Shown here: in pieces, positions 36,699-48,918 of the stretch
Layout of the letters: the number at the start of each line of letters is the position of its first letter
Numbering within the stretch: position 1 is the stretch's first letter
Origin: Eremomyces bilateralis CBS 781.70
Taxonomy: Eukaryota
Strand: one strand, 5' to 3'
NCBI GenBank assembly: GCA_010015585.1
Contig: ML975153.1
Length of the DNA: 64,000 nucleotides
Program-made: the position numbers and the translations under genes
Notes under the pieces: generated by a model
Databases searched by the model: none
What the model was told of the DNA's origin: nothing
What the model saw: the letters and a program-made list of their open reading frames with translations, nothing else

Positions 36699-37891
36699 AT
36701 GCTCGTCCACCGTACCCGTCCCCTGGCCGCTCGCCTTGCCCATTCGCCCGCTTCGATCCCTCTCTCTGCCACATTAGCCCTCCGTACCTTTTCTTCCGGC
36801 GCCTCTCTTAACGAAGAGCGCGCCCCGGCCCTGGCTGACATCACTGTGGACGGCGTGGATCGGTTCAATGCGAGGCAGCAGGACTTCCGTACCCAGCTCG
36901 CCGATGCACAGAAGCGCAAGGACCAGCTAGAAAGTGCGTTAGATACCCTTCGTTTATTTCTACCTTGGGGACTGCAACCGTTTTCTTGTCTCTGCCGACC
37001 CCTTCTTCGTCGAAGCTAACCGGTATCCTCTCTCACAGAAGAAGCACGCGCTCGCGAAGTGGGCGAAAACGGTTCCAAGAAGGGCCGCCTCTCCACTCTT
37101 CTCCACGGCACACCCGAAGGCCGCGATTACGACAAACAGATCGAACAGAGCTTCAGCCAAGTTCTTGCGCGAGGCAAATACGTCCATAGCATCGTCTTTC
37201 ACGAGGTCAAGCCGGGAAAAGTGGACGAATACGTTAAGTTGGTGGGTAGCTGGTATCCGCGTGTAGCCACCAATCCGCAGTTCAAGGTGAATCTTGTGGG
37301 TAGCTGGAGAACGGAAGTCGGAGATTGCGATACCTTCGGTACGTTTCTATCCTACAGCTCACACGCAGGCGTCATCGGACTCAGATCCTAACACTGCGCT
37401 CAACAGTCCACATCTGGGAGTACCAGCGGTATCAAGGCTACCATGCCTCTCTGCACGCCATCCAGCGGGATCCGGGGTTCGGTCCATTTGACGCGCAACT
37501 GAAGAACTTGATAACCACTAAGAGCACCTCTCTGATGCAGGAATTCTCCTTCTGGCCGACCACGCCTCCCCGCAATCTCGGCGGCCTCTTCGAACTCCGA
37601 TCCTACACCCTCCACCCCGGCAACCTTCTCGAGTGGGAGACCCATTGGCGCCGCGGCCTGAAAGCCCGCCGCGAGGTGATGGAAGGCGTGGGCGCCTGGT
37701 TTGTCCAGATCGGCGACCTTAACACCGTCCACCATCTCTGGCAGTTCGCCGATCTCGAGGAGCGGAAGGTTCGGCGGGAGCAGAGCTGGAGCATCGAGGG
37801 GTGGGGCGAGACGGTACACAAGACCGTGCCGCTGATTCAGACCATGCGGAGTCGGATTCTTATTCCGATGCCCTGGAGTCCCGTTGCCTAG
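36699..37891 (+). CDS. Mitochondrial NIPSNAP-family protein
   Basis: Presequence-like N-terminus, SFSQVLARGKYVH, LVGSWRTEVGD, FELRSYTLHPGNLLEW and GAWFVQIGDLNTVHHLW. Introns about 36934-37038 and 37339-37406. Confidence 0.92.
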
Positions 37892-38580
37892 ATATTTGGG
37901 CGGGCGTAGACTTTACTAGGAAAAGGCCTTGAGCACCTCAGGAACCTCGACGAGTGGTGAGCTGCGAGATTGGAGACCTGTCCTCATACTCGGGCTTTAT
38001 TCTAGTCTTGCTGGGAGGCGTTCGCGTTGCTTCGATCATTTGAAGCCCATGGGATCTGAAGCGGTAGCGGAAAAGCCCACAAATTGAGTTACTGAAGATG
38101 GTGATTGAGCGGTCTACCACAACGATACCTTTGTACTGAGAGTCTCTTCCGGGATCAACACTAGCAGGAGTTAATTGAACAAAATTCAAGCGATGGTTTG
38201 CAATGAAGTCTTATACATAACATGCTTCTGATCGTTGACTATGCTAGAACTGACATGCCCACGTATTCGTCTGATGATAATCTATCAACCCTCGGTAAGG
38301 CACACATGCGGTTTTTGTGCCAGAGAGACACGGAAAATTCTATCCACACCCGCCCGGCGACGATCTCGCCAACTCCTCAATACTGATCAACAACCATGGA
38401 TAACCCCGAACTATAGTACATCATGCCCTCCGTAGTCGTGCACTCGAACACCATGCGATTTTAAAGAAATGGAATCATGCGGCAAAGGGGATGCGAACGT
38501 TGGAATCGGGGAAACAGCGGATGGATCTCGATTTCCTTGCTTCCACGCCATATAAACTTCGGTGGTGCTCATGCTCACCC

Positions 38581-41500
38581 CTATCGGTTTCCGCTCAGCT
38601 TAGAATAGCCCATCGGCTTGAACGGCAGCTTGCTCTGCTTGAGTCGTCCGGCCGCGACCGCGAGCGAGGATTTGGTGGACATCGAGAGCCGCGAAGCGGA
38701 CGCCGCCGTCTGGGATCGGGACGTCATGCCGGTGGTCGGGCGCGTGACGGATTTGCGACGGCGGGGAGGGGTCATCGCCGCAGCGGCAGACATCGGTCGG
38801 GATGAAGCCGATGGCCCACTCTCGAAGTCGTTTACGTCGGTCGACGGCGGTTCGGCTGAGAGCGGGGGGCCCACGAGAACGGACGGCCTCGGAGAGATCA
38901 GGTTGGAGATCATGGACTTGAATTTTCCAAGGCCGGTTGGCTCGCTTTGGGCCATTGGAATCATGGGTTCGGCGGTCTTGGCCGGCGTGGTGGCAGGGGT
39001 ACCGCCCGCGGAGGCGATCACCTTCTTGTGCATCGGCTTGATGCCTCGTCGTTGGCGAATCTTGCAGGCGGCCCATTCGACATTCTCGCTCTCGCCGAAG
39101 ACGCATCCGGAGCAGAACCACAGACGATGATCCGGGTCGTCGATGTACTTCCGCGTGATGAACGGTATGTGGCACTGTTGATGCCAACGGGAATCACATT
39201 CAGTGCACGTGAGAATGTGATTCTTATCGTTCCACTCGGTCTTGGTGCAGCCCTTGCACTCGACATCGAGATTCTTCTTCTTCTTCCTCAGATGCTCACC
39301 GAGCACCGCCTTGTGCATGGGTTTGATCCCGCGTCGCTGGCGAATCTTTGAAGCCTGCTTGACCGGATCGCTGTCCTCCTCGAAAACGCAGCAGTTGCAG
39401 AACCAATAGCGTTCCTCATCATCAATGTACTTCTGTGTGATGACGGGGATGTGGCATTGCTGGTGCCATGGCTCATCACATTCGTCGCAGAACACAATGT
39501 GATTCTTGTCGTTCCAGTCGGATTCCTTGCAGCCCTCACATGCTTTACCACGGGATGCCTTTGATACCTTTCGAGACTTGGTAGCGGATTCCGGCACGTG
39601 TGGCTGGACTTTCGGTTTCTCATTGGAAGCAGAGACCCTCTTCCCCTTTGGTTTGTCGCAGTCGGAGCAGAACCACTCGCTGTCCTCATCTTGAACGACC
39701 GCCTTCGGGATGGCAGGGTCATGGCAGCGTTGATGGAACGTGCGGTCGCAGGCAGAGCAGTAAACGATTTTGTTGGCAGCTGGACTGTTGCGTTTGCTGC
39801 AAATCGTGCAAGCAACATCCTCCTCGTCGTCGCTTTCGCTTTCGCTGTCGGAAAGGGAGTGGATGCTTGCGTTGGCAGCTGGAAGTGGATCTTTGCTGCG
39901 TTTGATCAGGCGCGGGCAGTACGAACAGCACCATTTCTTGCGTTTATCATTGATAACATCCTTGCCAATGACCGGATTGTGGCATTTTTGATGAAATGCT
40001 CGTGGGCAGTTGTCGCAGAAAACGATGAGGTTGGAGGGGCGGCTGTCTACTCCGCCGCAGATTTCGCAAGCCGGTTCCTCGATCGTAGAGTCAGCTACTT
40101 TCCGCTTTCGACTGATAGGGGACGGCTTCGACGTCAAGGTGACAGATGATGAGTTCTTCGACATGCTGGCCCCCTTCACGGCGATCGAGTTGGATCGAGA
40201 TACCGAATGTACCTCCTTGCCTCCTTTCTTGTTCAAGACTTTCTGTACAAGCGTCTGAACCTTGCGTTTCTTGGATGGCGGCCCATCAGACTCTTGAGCT
40301 GCCCTGGTTGCGCCGAAGGAATCGTTCAATTTTCGTTTCGCAAAGACTTTCCACTGGGATGCCGATGAAGAGATAGTTGCGGTGGTAATAGGCCCGCCTT
40401 TCTTCGGTTTGGGCTCGTTCGGTTTAGGTCCTAGGACACCCCGGCAATTTGGGGAACCGCATAGACAACTCTGCACGTTGTCGGCAGAGAACGGACTGGT
40501 ACACCTGTTAATTATGGTTTGTTGTGTTTTTGGTGAATATCTTACCTGAATTTGTAATCATAAGTCAGTTCATCTCCAGTGGAGATGCCAAAGTCACCAG
40601 CAAAGAGCGCAATTCGTTCTTCGCCACGGACGGTCCATCGATCCATATAGCAGTTCGGATCGCATGAGTGGTTCACAAACCTAGCGATTGATCCTTTTTT
40701 ACCCCCAGCATCGATGATCAAGTTCTCTTGCAGAGTCATCATATAAAAGTTCTTCGTTACAGCGTCAGCAGTCCGATATCCGGTGACTGATAATCATCAG
40801 TGACAGTAACTCACCTTGTGATCTTTATATTCTTGGTTCATCCGTCGATCAGCTTCTTCTTGGGTGATGATGTCTCCCGTGTATTCGATGATAATTTCAT
40901 GAGGCCGATAGCTGCGTACCGAACGTACACCAAAACCGCGGTCTTTCGTTTCCATGACTTCAACGCCTCGTTCAAACGCATTCAAGCGACGAGGACGAGA
41001 AAGTACGGCAAACTGGCGATTCTGGCAATGTTGAGCACCGACGTTGCAGTTGTTGTCGTCGCATTCAAAATGCATAGTCCGGTTCATGCAGTCTTCCGCA
41101 CAGCCTGACGCGAGAGTGCAGCGGCAGAATGACTGCCCGTGGTGATCGATGAGTTTATACTCGGCAGCGTAACCCATGTAGCGGCCTGTACATTGTTTGT
41201 TTAGGAACAGGCTTTGATATTCACCCACACGTGGGGCGACTTACTCTTAGGTACTGTCTCTTTCAACACCCAGCCATCTTTAGGCTTCGCTTCGTAAGGC
41301 AGCAGACTCAGAACATCATATGGCAACCGGAAATCCTGGCCTTGCCGAATTTTGAGTTCCCCTACGAACATGGGCATCGGCAGATATTTCCGTTCCTTCC
41401 CAGGAGATTCTAGAAGCTTTGGCTGCTGGCCTCCTCGATAGGTCGGATGATCGAAGTTCGGCTCATAGAGGCGGACCTGCCCAGCATACAGACCATGCTC

Positions 41501-42223
41501 TTGCCACATCTTGCGCTTCGGCTCTGGCGCCGTCAATTCCACGATCTCACTTGATGCAGAACTGCTGACCAGGTTGTCGGCGTGGGAAAGCCTGCTTCGT
41601 TTCGCCCGGGACGTGTCATGCTCAGTCCCGTCTTGGTCGTAGAAATGCGTTCGCTGCCCTGATCTTGACGACATGCGCCGCAGCACTGAAAGACTGTTGC
41701 TGTTCTCGACTACATCTCTTGCTCGTTTTCCGAGGGACGACGCAATATCGGATACGGCGCCAATGACAGTGTTTCGTCGAGATGGTCTCCGCTCGCGTTC
41801 AGAGCGTCCTAGGCTCGCAAGCGGACCACTCATCTCATTGCCATTCAACAAAGCGTGATTATCATTCAAGGGCTGCAGCTGATCCTCTGCTTGGCTAGGA
41901 TTCACAAGGGTAGCCCCACTGACAGACTTTCTTACCCCATGCTTCGCAGTTCCCGAGAGGACGTTCAAATTATAACTTGTGAGGGTATGGCGCTCTCGCA
42001 CGCTCCTTCGCCGGGATTCTCCGGCTTCATGGCCTTGGTCGATATTTGTGATATTCGTGTCAGGGGTTGGCTTTTGACACGGAGGTATGTCGCTCTCGAT
42101 GGTGGTCGGTGGAGTGGAAGATGATGCGGAAACCGACCGGGAGCTCAAAAGGTCGTGGGCGCTTGAGGAACGACTCTCCTGGTCGATCTGCTCCACTACG
42201 CCCCTGCCCCTTACTATAGCCAT
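38581..42223 (-). CDS. ASH1: ASH1-like histone-lysine methyltransferase (AWS-SET-postSET) with four C-terminal PHD fingers
   Basis: GLYAGQ and LPMPMF…DFRLPYDV motifs typical of fungal Ash1, AWS C..C…CMNR…ECD, SET RGFGVRS…IIEYTGDII…ARFVNHSCDPNC…ELTYDY, post-SET CLCGSPNCRG. Introns 41186-41244, 40752-40814 and 40496-40545. Confidence 0.88.
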
Positions 42224-43300
42224 ACTCGAGATGTGCGGTGGAACTGTCGCATTCGAGGCAAGATGATGTTAACTTGGATGGAAATAATGCAATGAACTGG
42301 TGAGTTCGAGGCTGACAAGAGCGTAGAGGCGAAGGCGTTCCTCGTCACTTGGTCCGGTGTGGAGGAAGGTGGTAGGATGATGGAAGGCGCAACTGAAAGG
42401 TTGGGCGTAGGCACACCACACTGATCAATCACTGATCAATCACAGTGCACGTGCAGTGTCTATTCCGACAAGTCTGGCTAATGATGCGACCGAAAGTGAA
42501 GATGTCAGTGGTGAAGACGCAGTAAGCAAGTGTGCATCGACGCGCAAGGAGTAGTTGGAAGGGCTGGAATGGATCGCGTCGCGACTGGAGCACTGGACCC
42601 CAAAAGTGACGGGAATAGCGCGTGGATTTTGAGTTTAGAATATTTTGGGGGGGAAGTTAATGAAGTTATTGAAATAGTTCACAATAGCCAGCAACTGAAC
42701 AATGGCGGTTGCGCGCGTGGGTGAATTATATGGAGGCAGGCGGCGAGAGAATCCGGAGGAGATGAGACTGACGGACGTAAACGCGGATTGAGGTTTGCGC
42801 GGTTTTGATGGAACCCGACCACGGAAAGGGAGTAATAAGGTGGTAGAACAATAATAATCATAATACCTGAATACAGCTAATAACGTGCTAGGAACTCAGC
42901 TAGGTCCCGTAATACCTGGAGATGCCCCGTGCTTCAGCATGTCATCAATAACACGATCCGTTTCGGGGTTAGCCCTCCCTGACTCCCTCCCACTCATTCA
43001 CCCACTGAATCTGTCAGTCATCCACCACCACCTGTCCCCAGCAGTGTCACATCATAAGGACAGTGGAAGTTGAGCACGTGAATGAAACTACCTTTGCATT
43101 GACTCCTCTCTGATTCCTTTTTACAAGAAATCTCCTCTTTTCGACTTGCAAACGTGAAAGGCGCGTCTGATATGACTGAATTGCTGAAACGCACTACGGC
43201 CTGGGGACTAACTGAGGCCCCCGTGCATCACTGAAATTGGCCCCTCACGCTCTGTTCATATTGCCCGATCCTACTGTCGCCTAATCGTAGAATATCCGCT

Positions 43301-45176
43301 TTATAACTTCGCCTTCGGATTGGTCACGTTCGTCGCCTCTTGGTTCAATGTGACATTGCCTGGCTTGTCATCTTCCCCGAAGAAAATTACCTCCACGGTG
43401 AGATCGTCCCTAAACCCAGTCACGTCAGTTATTTCACACGCAAATATCTCATCCACATGGGATCATACCTGTATCTCCGCGAGAACGGACTCGGCAGGGT
43501 GAGCAGTGCGCAAAGCGTGTCTTGATCTTTACCTCCTAGCGCGTTCCTGACTAGGTGCGTCGCCGCGTTTTTATCCTGGACAATGAAGCGTTCTCCCCAC
43601 GATGCCGTGACACCCCACTGCTCCTGTCTGATTGGAGCACGCTGGCCACTTCCGTCACCATCAGATTTGGGCACCTCCACCGGAAGCGTTCCTTGCGCTC
43701 CAAACCAACTACGCAACCAGGATTGACTCTTCCCATTTTTCGCGTCTGCTTGGGCCTCGAGCCACTGCCCGACGAGTCCGACCACTTCCTCGTTCGTGAG
43801 CATTTCCCATAGCCCGTCAGTCGCCATGACCACAAAATCGCCTTTCCCAGGCTCGACTTTCGTGGTGGTGACGACTGGCTCGGCCGTCACGTATGGTGGC
43901 GTCTTGAGCAGCTTGTTCCCCGCCCTACCAAAGTAATTTTGCTTCATCTTTTTTTGGGTCTCCAGACTCCACTTGTAGGAAGCATCGCCGAAAGCTCGGC
44001 TCGGCTCCAGTCCGCCTAAGACTCGGCCTGCAGATACAACGTGGGGTTCCCCTGGATGCTCTCGCCGCAGTCGCGCAGCCTCCTCGGGCGTACCGCCGGT
44101 TTGATCCACCGATAGAGGCGTTGCAGTCCACTTCCCATTCGAACCACGGCGCCCTATGATGGCGCGTGAGTCGCCAGTGCATGCAACGCGTAAAAGCTTG
44201 CTCTGGCTATCATAGAACGAAAGTAGCGCGCAAGACCCCGAAAGGGCGGGAGCGAGGAGTTCCGCAGCGGCGCGTTTCGACTTGGCCTCTAGCACTTTAC
44301 TCACTGATTTATGGACGATCTCATTGTCGAGACGAAGAAAGCCTTTCTTAATCGCCGCATCGATCGCCTCGGGGGTCGGTAGGGCTGGATACTGAGCGGG
44401 ACCGGACTTTTGAGGTGATGTATATGTGTCGTTCAGCTCCCGGGCTACGTACGAGATGAGCGTCTCACGGAGCTTGGCTGAAGTGGTCCAACCGCTAGTC
44501 AAAGATTAGCCATATGAAACAAAGAGGAAGCTTGCAGTGCATACCTGTGACCGTCGAATACACCCCAAAACATCCAATCACTGCCACCCATGGGGTCAGT
44601 GTCCTTCGATGGCACCTCCACAATCTTCTCTGCATGGTCGTCTTCGATGGGATCGTTGCTCGGTATTTGAACCACGTCATATCGCACCACGCCCTTGCCT
44701 CTGCCCACAAGCCAGGACTGTTCGTTCTTTCGCAGCCTCTGCGTTGCTTGCTCGGGGGTCATCATCTCTAAAACCTTCCGCCCTGCGTCGTCCGTATCTT
44801 TAGACAAAGGGCCGTCTCCAACCAGTTGCCCGGAATATAACTGTCCGTGCTCGATAAACAAGGCTTTCCTCGTCGCTTCTGCCTGCGAGGTCGTGTGTAT
44901 CGATGCGTCACCTGAAGCGGACTCTGCCAGTCCGGTCTTTCCTCGAAACGCGTAATAAGCGCCAGAAGCAACGAAGCCTGAAAGCAAAGCAACGGAGAGA
45001 TTGCGCATATGCATCGACGAGGTCAAAGCGGGGAACGCGGCTCGCTCTCGACGAAATGAGAGCGAGCGCAACCCATTAACATAGCTTGGAGATACGACGG
45101 GGGATCGAATGGAGACGGTCTTTCGCAGGGTCGGACGTCGAGCAAAACGAAGCACTTGGCTGGTCGCTCGCCGCAT
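43301..45176 (-). CDS. PTC5: PP2C phosphatase / pyruvate dehydrogenase phosphatase (Ptc5-like)
   Basis: Arg-rich presequence, SNDPIEDD, GVFDGHSGW, GDSRA, LEPSRAFGD, MATDGLWE and RDDLTV. Introns 44495-44544 and 43410-43468. The protein ends …NPKAKL*. Confidence 0.93.
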
Positions 45177-45779
45177 TGGAATGTGTGAATGGGATGTGTA
45201 GTTAGTTTGACGAGGGCGGTCGAGGAACCGTCCGATTGATACAATGGTAACCAGTACCGAGGATTTAGGACGGTAGAGGTTTGCGGCGCTGCGGTGGATC
45301 TCCGCTGTTTTAATTGTCAGCAGTCGCTATCGTACTTCACAGCACCTATAATAAGTAATAAGTAGTACGTACCGGTAGTATTTGATTCAAGTCTCAAATA
45401 CACAAGCACTGCAAGCACGACAGGCACGTAAGAGTTGTCGAGTTGTTGTAGAGAGGAAGAGGACGAGTGCAAGGATGGCTGCTGAGCTTAGCCCGATGTG
45501 GTTTAGTCAGATATTTTGGGATCCTCTTTCTCCAATTGTTCACCTGCATGTAGTTGGTCACATATCTAATCTGCACAGATTCGCGTGCAGCTTGATGCTA
45601 TTGAATCCTCGACGTTGAGCAGTGGGAGCAGTGGGAGCCAATGGATCCGCGGTAATCTGATTGATATGCGCTGCGAAAGTGTCAGGCAAGGGTCGGTTCC
45701 GATATCATAGCGGATGCGTACAGTTCACCCAGGACTCGCTCATCGAGTATCCTCAGTTGTGACAGCAAGAAACTGCGCT

Positions 45780-47099
45780 ATGGCGGCTTATTCATTTAAA
45801 TATCATTTGGTTGGGGGTTATAAAGGTATATCAAGAGCTGCGTCGTTCAGTGGAGCCCGGAATCCCGCTCCAAGGCAATCAAGACTTTCTTTCATTGCAG
45901 GGAAGCTTGTTCCCTTTTCAGCACACCAAATTCGCTGGTATATAGAGGGGCAGAGGTTTGCATTTTCAACCGAGAACCTTCTACACTCCTCGAAATGCAA
46001 GATTGTTCTCCCGCCGGCGCGGCCTCTGGCTCTCCAATCCTACCAAATCCGATGCACGGCGCTCTCCCCTCGACACCAGTCCACGGCTGCTCCTGCACAC
46101 GGTTCCTCCCTTCCACCCTATCAACCACCGACCAATGGTCTTCTTTCGGTCCTACCCCCATCCCTCATTCCCTACGCCGAGCTCATCCGCCTGGACAAGC
46201 CCACGGGGACCTACTATCTATTCTTTCCATGCCTCTTCAGCACCCTCCTTGCCGCTCCCCTCGCCACCCCCATCACACCCCCCTCCACCGTCCTAGCAAC
46301 GACGGCGCTTTTCGCTACCGGCGCTCTCATCATGCGTGGCGCGGGTTGTACCATCAATGACCTCTGGGATCGGAATCTAGACCCACATGTCGCCCGTACG
46401 AGGCTCCGACCGATTGCTCGCCGTGCCATCACCCCGTTTCAAGGTGTGGCCTTCTTCGGGGCGCAATGCCTTGCGGGATTAGGCGTCCTGGTGCAATTCC
46501 CCACGGAATGCTTATGGTACGGCATCCCCAGCCTGCTGCTCGTGGGGACGTATCCGCTCGCCAAGCGGATCACGCACTATCCTCAGGTCGTCCTGGGCCT
46601 CGCATTCTCCTGGGGTGGAATCATGGGGTTCCCGGCGCTGGGGGTCGACTTGCTGTCGAATCCAAGTGCCCTCCATGCCGCCGCTGCATTGTATGCGAGT
46701 TGCGTGGCGTGGACCGTGGGGTACGACATGATCTACGCACATATGGATATCAAAGATGACAAAAAGGCGGGAATCAAGAGCATCGCGCTTCGCCACGAGA
46801 AGGAGACCAAGGGGGTGCTGACTGGCCTTGCCGCTGTGCAGGTCGGGCTATTGGGTGCCGCTGGTTGGGCCGTTGGCGCCGGTCCCATCTATTATCTTGG
46901 AACCTGTGGAGGTGCAGCAGCGACGATGGGCATTCAAATCATCAAAGTCAAATTGGACAGCGTTGCGGACTGCTGGTGGTGGTTCAAATGGGGTTGCTGG
47001 TTCACTGGAGGTGCGGTTACAACGGGGCTGCTTGGAGAGTACTTGGTGAGATTCAATGCTGAGGCGCATGAGAATCAGAAGCGAGAAACATCGTTTTGA
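45780..47099 (+). CDS. COQ2: 4-hydroxybenzoate polyprenyltransferase (UbiA family)
   Basis: LIRLDKPTG, MRGAGCTINDLWDRNLD, RTRLRPIA, YPLAKR and YDMIYAHMDIKDDKKAGIKSIA. Start is uncertain (in-frame ATGs at 45714 and 45780). Confidence 0.93.
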   Translation: MAAYSFKYHLVGGYKGISRAASFSGARNPAPRQSRLSFIAGKLVPFSAHQIRWYIEGQRFAFSTENLLHSSKCKIVLPPARPLALQSYQIRCTALSPRHQSTAAPAHGSSLPPYQPPTNGLLSVLPPSLIPYAELIRLDKPTGTYYLFFPCLFSTLLAAPLATPITPPSTVLATTALFATGALIMRGAGCTINDLWDRNLDPHVARTRLRPIARRAITPFQGVAFFGAQCLAGLGVLVQFPTECLWYGIPSLLLVGTYPLAKRITHYPQVVLGLAFSWGGIMGFPALGVDLLSNPSALHAAAALYASCVAWTVGYDMIYAHMDIKDDKKAGIKSIALRHEKETKGVLTGLAAVQVGLLGAAGWAVGAGPIYYLGTCGGAAATMGIQIIKVKLDSVADCWWWFKWGCWFTGGAVTTGLLGEYLVRFNAEAHENQKRETSF

Positions 47100-47205
47100 A
47101 CTGTGTCTATAAATGTATAACATTGAGTATATTTCATCCATTTCCGCCATTCATATGCATTTTTTCATCACAATCATAAACCCAACATCGTGTGCACATG
47201 CTAAA

Positions 47206-48918
47206 TCAGACCCGAAGGGTGCGCAACTGCACCTCTTGAACCGGTGCTCTAGGTTCCATTTGTACGTCCATATCGTCCAAGAGACGTCCTCCTTCTTCAT
47301 CTGTATTTCCGGCTGTCCTCTCAGACTCTTTCTTAACACTCAAGTCTTTTTTAACTGCCACGAAAATCGCCGATCCAAGGATCAAACTTGACCCTATAAG
47401 AGACAGAACTCCAGGCGTAGTACCAAATATGAGCTTGTCGAAGGTCAGTGCGAAGAGCATCTGCGTGTATGTCATATTGGTCGCACGCGAGGACTTTTCG
47501 TACTGCAGCCCGGCAGCGAGGAGGAATTGCTGATTGAACACGTTAGTGCAAGTGGGAAAGAATTCCAAATGTAAGACGAACCATGATAAACCCACAGGTC
47601 CCGAGAAAGATCAGATAGGACCAATCCCTCAGACTACTGGGAAGAAGAAAACCGACATCTGGAAGAGCCATCATCATCACGATGCTGACAAACGTGCACC
47701 AGGTAGCGAAGTAGTTGACGCTGATAAGTGGGTGCGCCCGCTTTCCAATCCACCGGATCGTGGTATATGCACAAGCTGCACCCAAGACACCAAGGAGTGA
47801 CATCCCCACAGCGCTCGCCCGTTGAGCGGGAGTGACATCTTCATAGTTTCCTGCTTCGTGCCCACTGGAGGGCATGGCTGCTGTCCCGTTTGTGGTTATT
47901 GGAGAGACGTCTCCGTTCCCTGCGGCAGGGATTTCCGCTGTGTTGTGCGAGGGGAAGAAGAACGACGTTGGCCGAGCAATGAGGACGACCCCGATGAACG
48001 AGACTCCTGCCGCAATCTGTTCCAATCGAGTAAATGGCTCGTTTATGAAGATGCTACATGCCCAGCATGCTATGCTTGGGGCTAGGAAAGTAATGACCGT
48101 AGCTTCGGCGAGAGGTAGGTAACGGAGGGAATCTGCTTCAGGATTAGGGCCGGAGAAGGTGATCGTACGCTCAACGTTTACATACAGTACTATTTCCTTG
48201 GTTAGCAAACACGTCATGGATGGTGAGGGCATGGCATACCATTCCAAAGACTCCAAAGAACCCTCCAATACCTCGAGCAATAAGAAGGCCTCGAACTTCT
48301 TTGGCTCCAAATGGGAAATGTGGGGTCCTAACCCAGTACATGTATATTGATGCGATTACTACGGTAATACTCATCCGTGCGAAGAGAATCTGTTAACCGG
48401 CTATCGTCAGAGCTGGGTATCGATCAGGAACCTCCATATCTATTACGCACCTGGAATGGATGGAACCCTTTACCATTATTCCCCTCAATTTCTAAGAGTC
48501 GTGTCGTGACATTCATCAAGGTACCAAATATTTGCGCCAGTAACACCAGCCCCAACCCCTTGTTTCTCACCCAGGATGCTTTCAATTTGTCTCGAATGGA
48601 CTTGCTGTATCCTGAAGAGGCAGAACGTGTACCGTTAGCCTCCGGAGTTTCAGTCCACGCACCATGGTTCGGCTGAGATTCGTCGAATGAAAGGTTCGAT
48701 ATCGTATCTGGTGATTGAGAGCGGGGAAGGCCTGTTAAAGGAATGTTTAGGAATGTGTTCCCATCCTCAGTGGATTTCGGCAGGATCTTTGTGGAGGGGT
48801 CGACTGAAGAATGTCGAAAGAATGGGGACTTCACTCGTTGAATCCCGTTGCCCATGATTTCTGGACCTCCCTTCTCATTGTTTTCAGGTTCCGTCCCAGG
48901 TGGCGGAAATATAGTCAT
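47206..48918 (-). CDS. EamA/DMT-superfamily (SLC35G-like) membrane transporter
   Basis: NKGLGLVLLAQIFG, HPFQ|ILFARMSIT, SLRYLPLAEATVITFLAP, YTTIRWIGKRAHPLISVNYF and RATNMTYTQMLFA. Several introns and multiple hydrophobic helices. Confidence 0.88.

Noticed and set aside
40496..40507. Two in-frame AG acceptors 9 nt apart in ASH1 intron 3
   Set aside because: The proximal AG abuts the likely branch site (TTAAC), so it is probably unused. The distal AG gives the expected SET/post-SET spacing.
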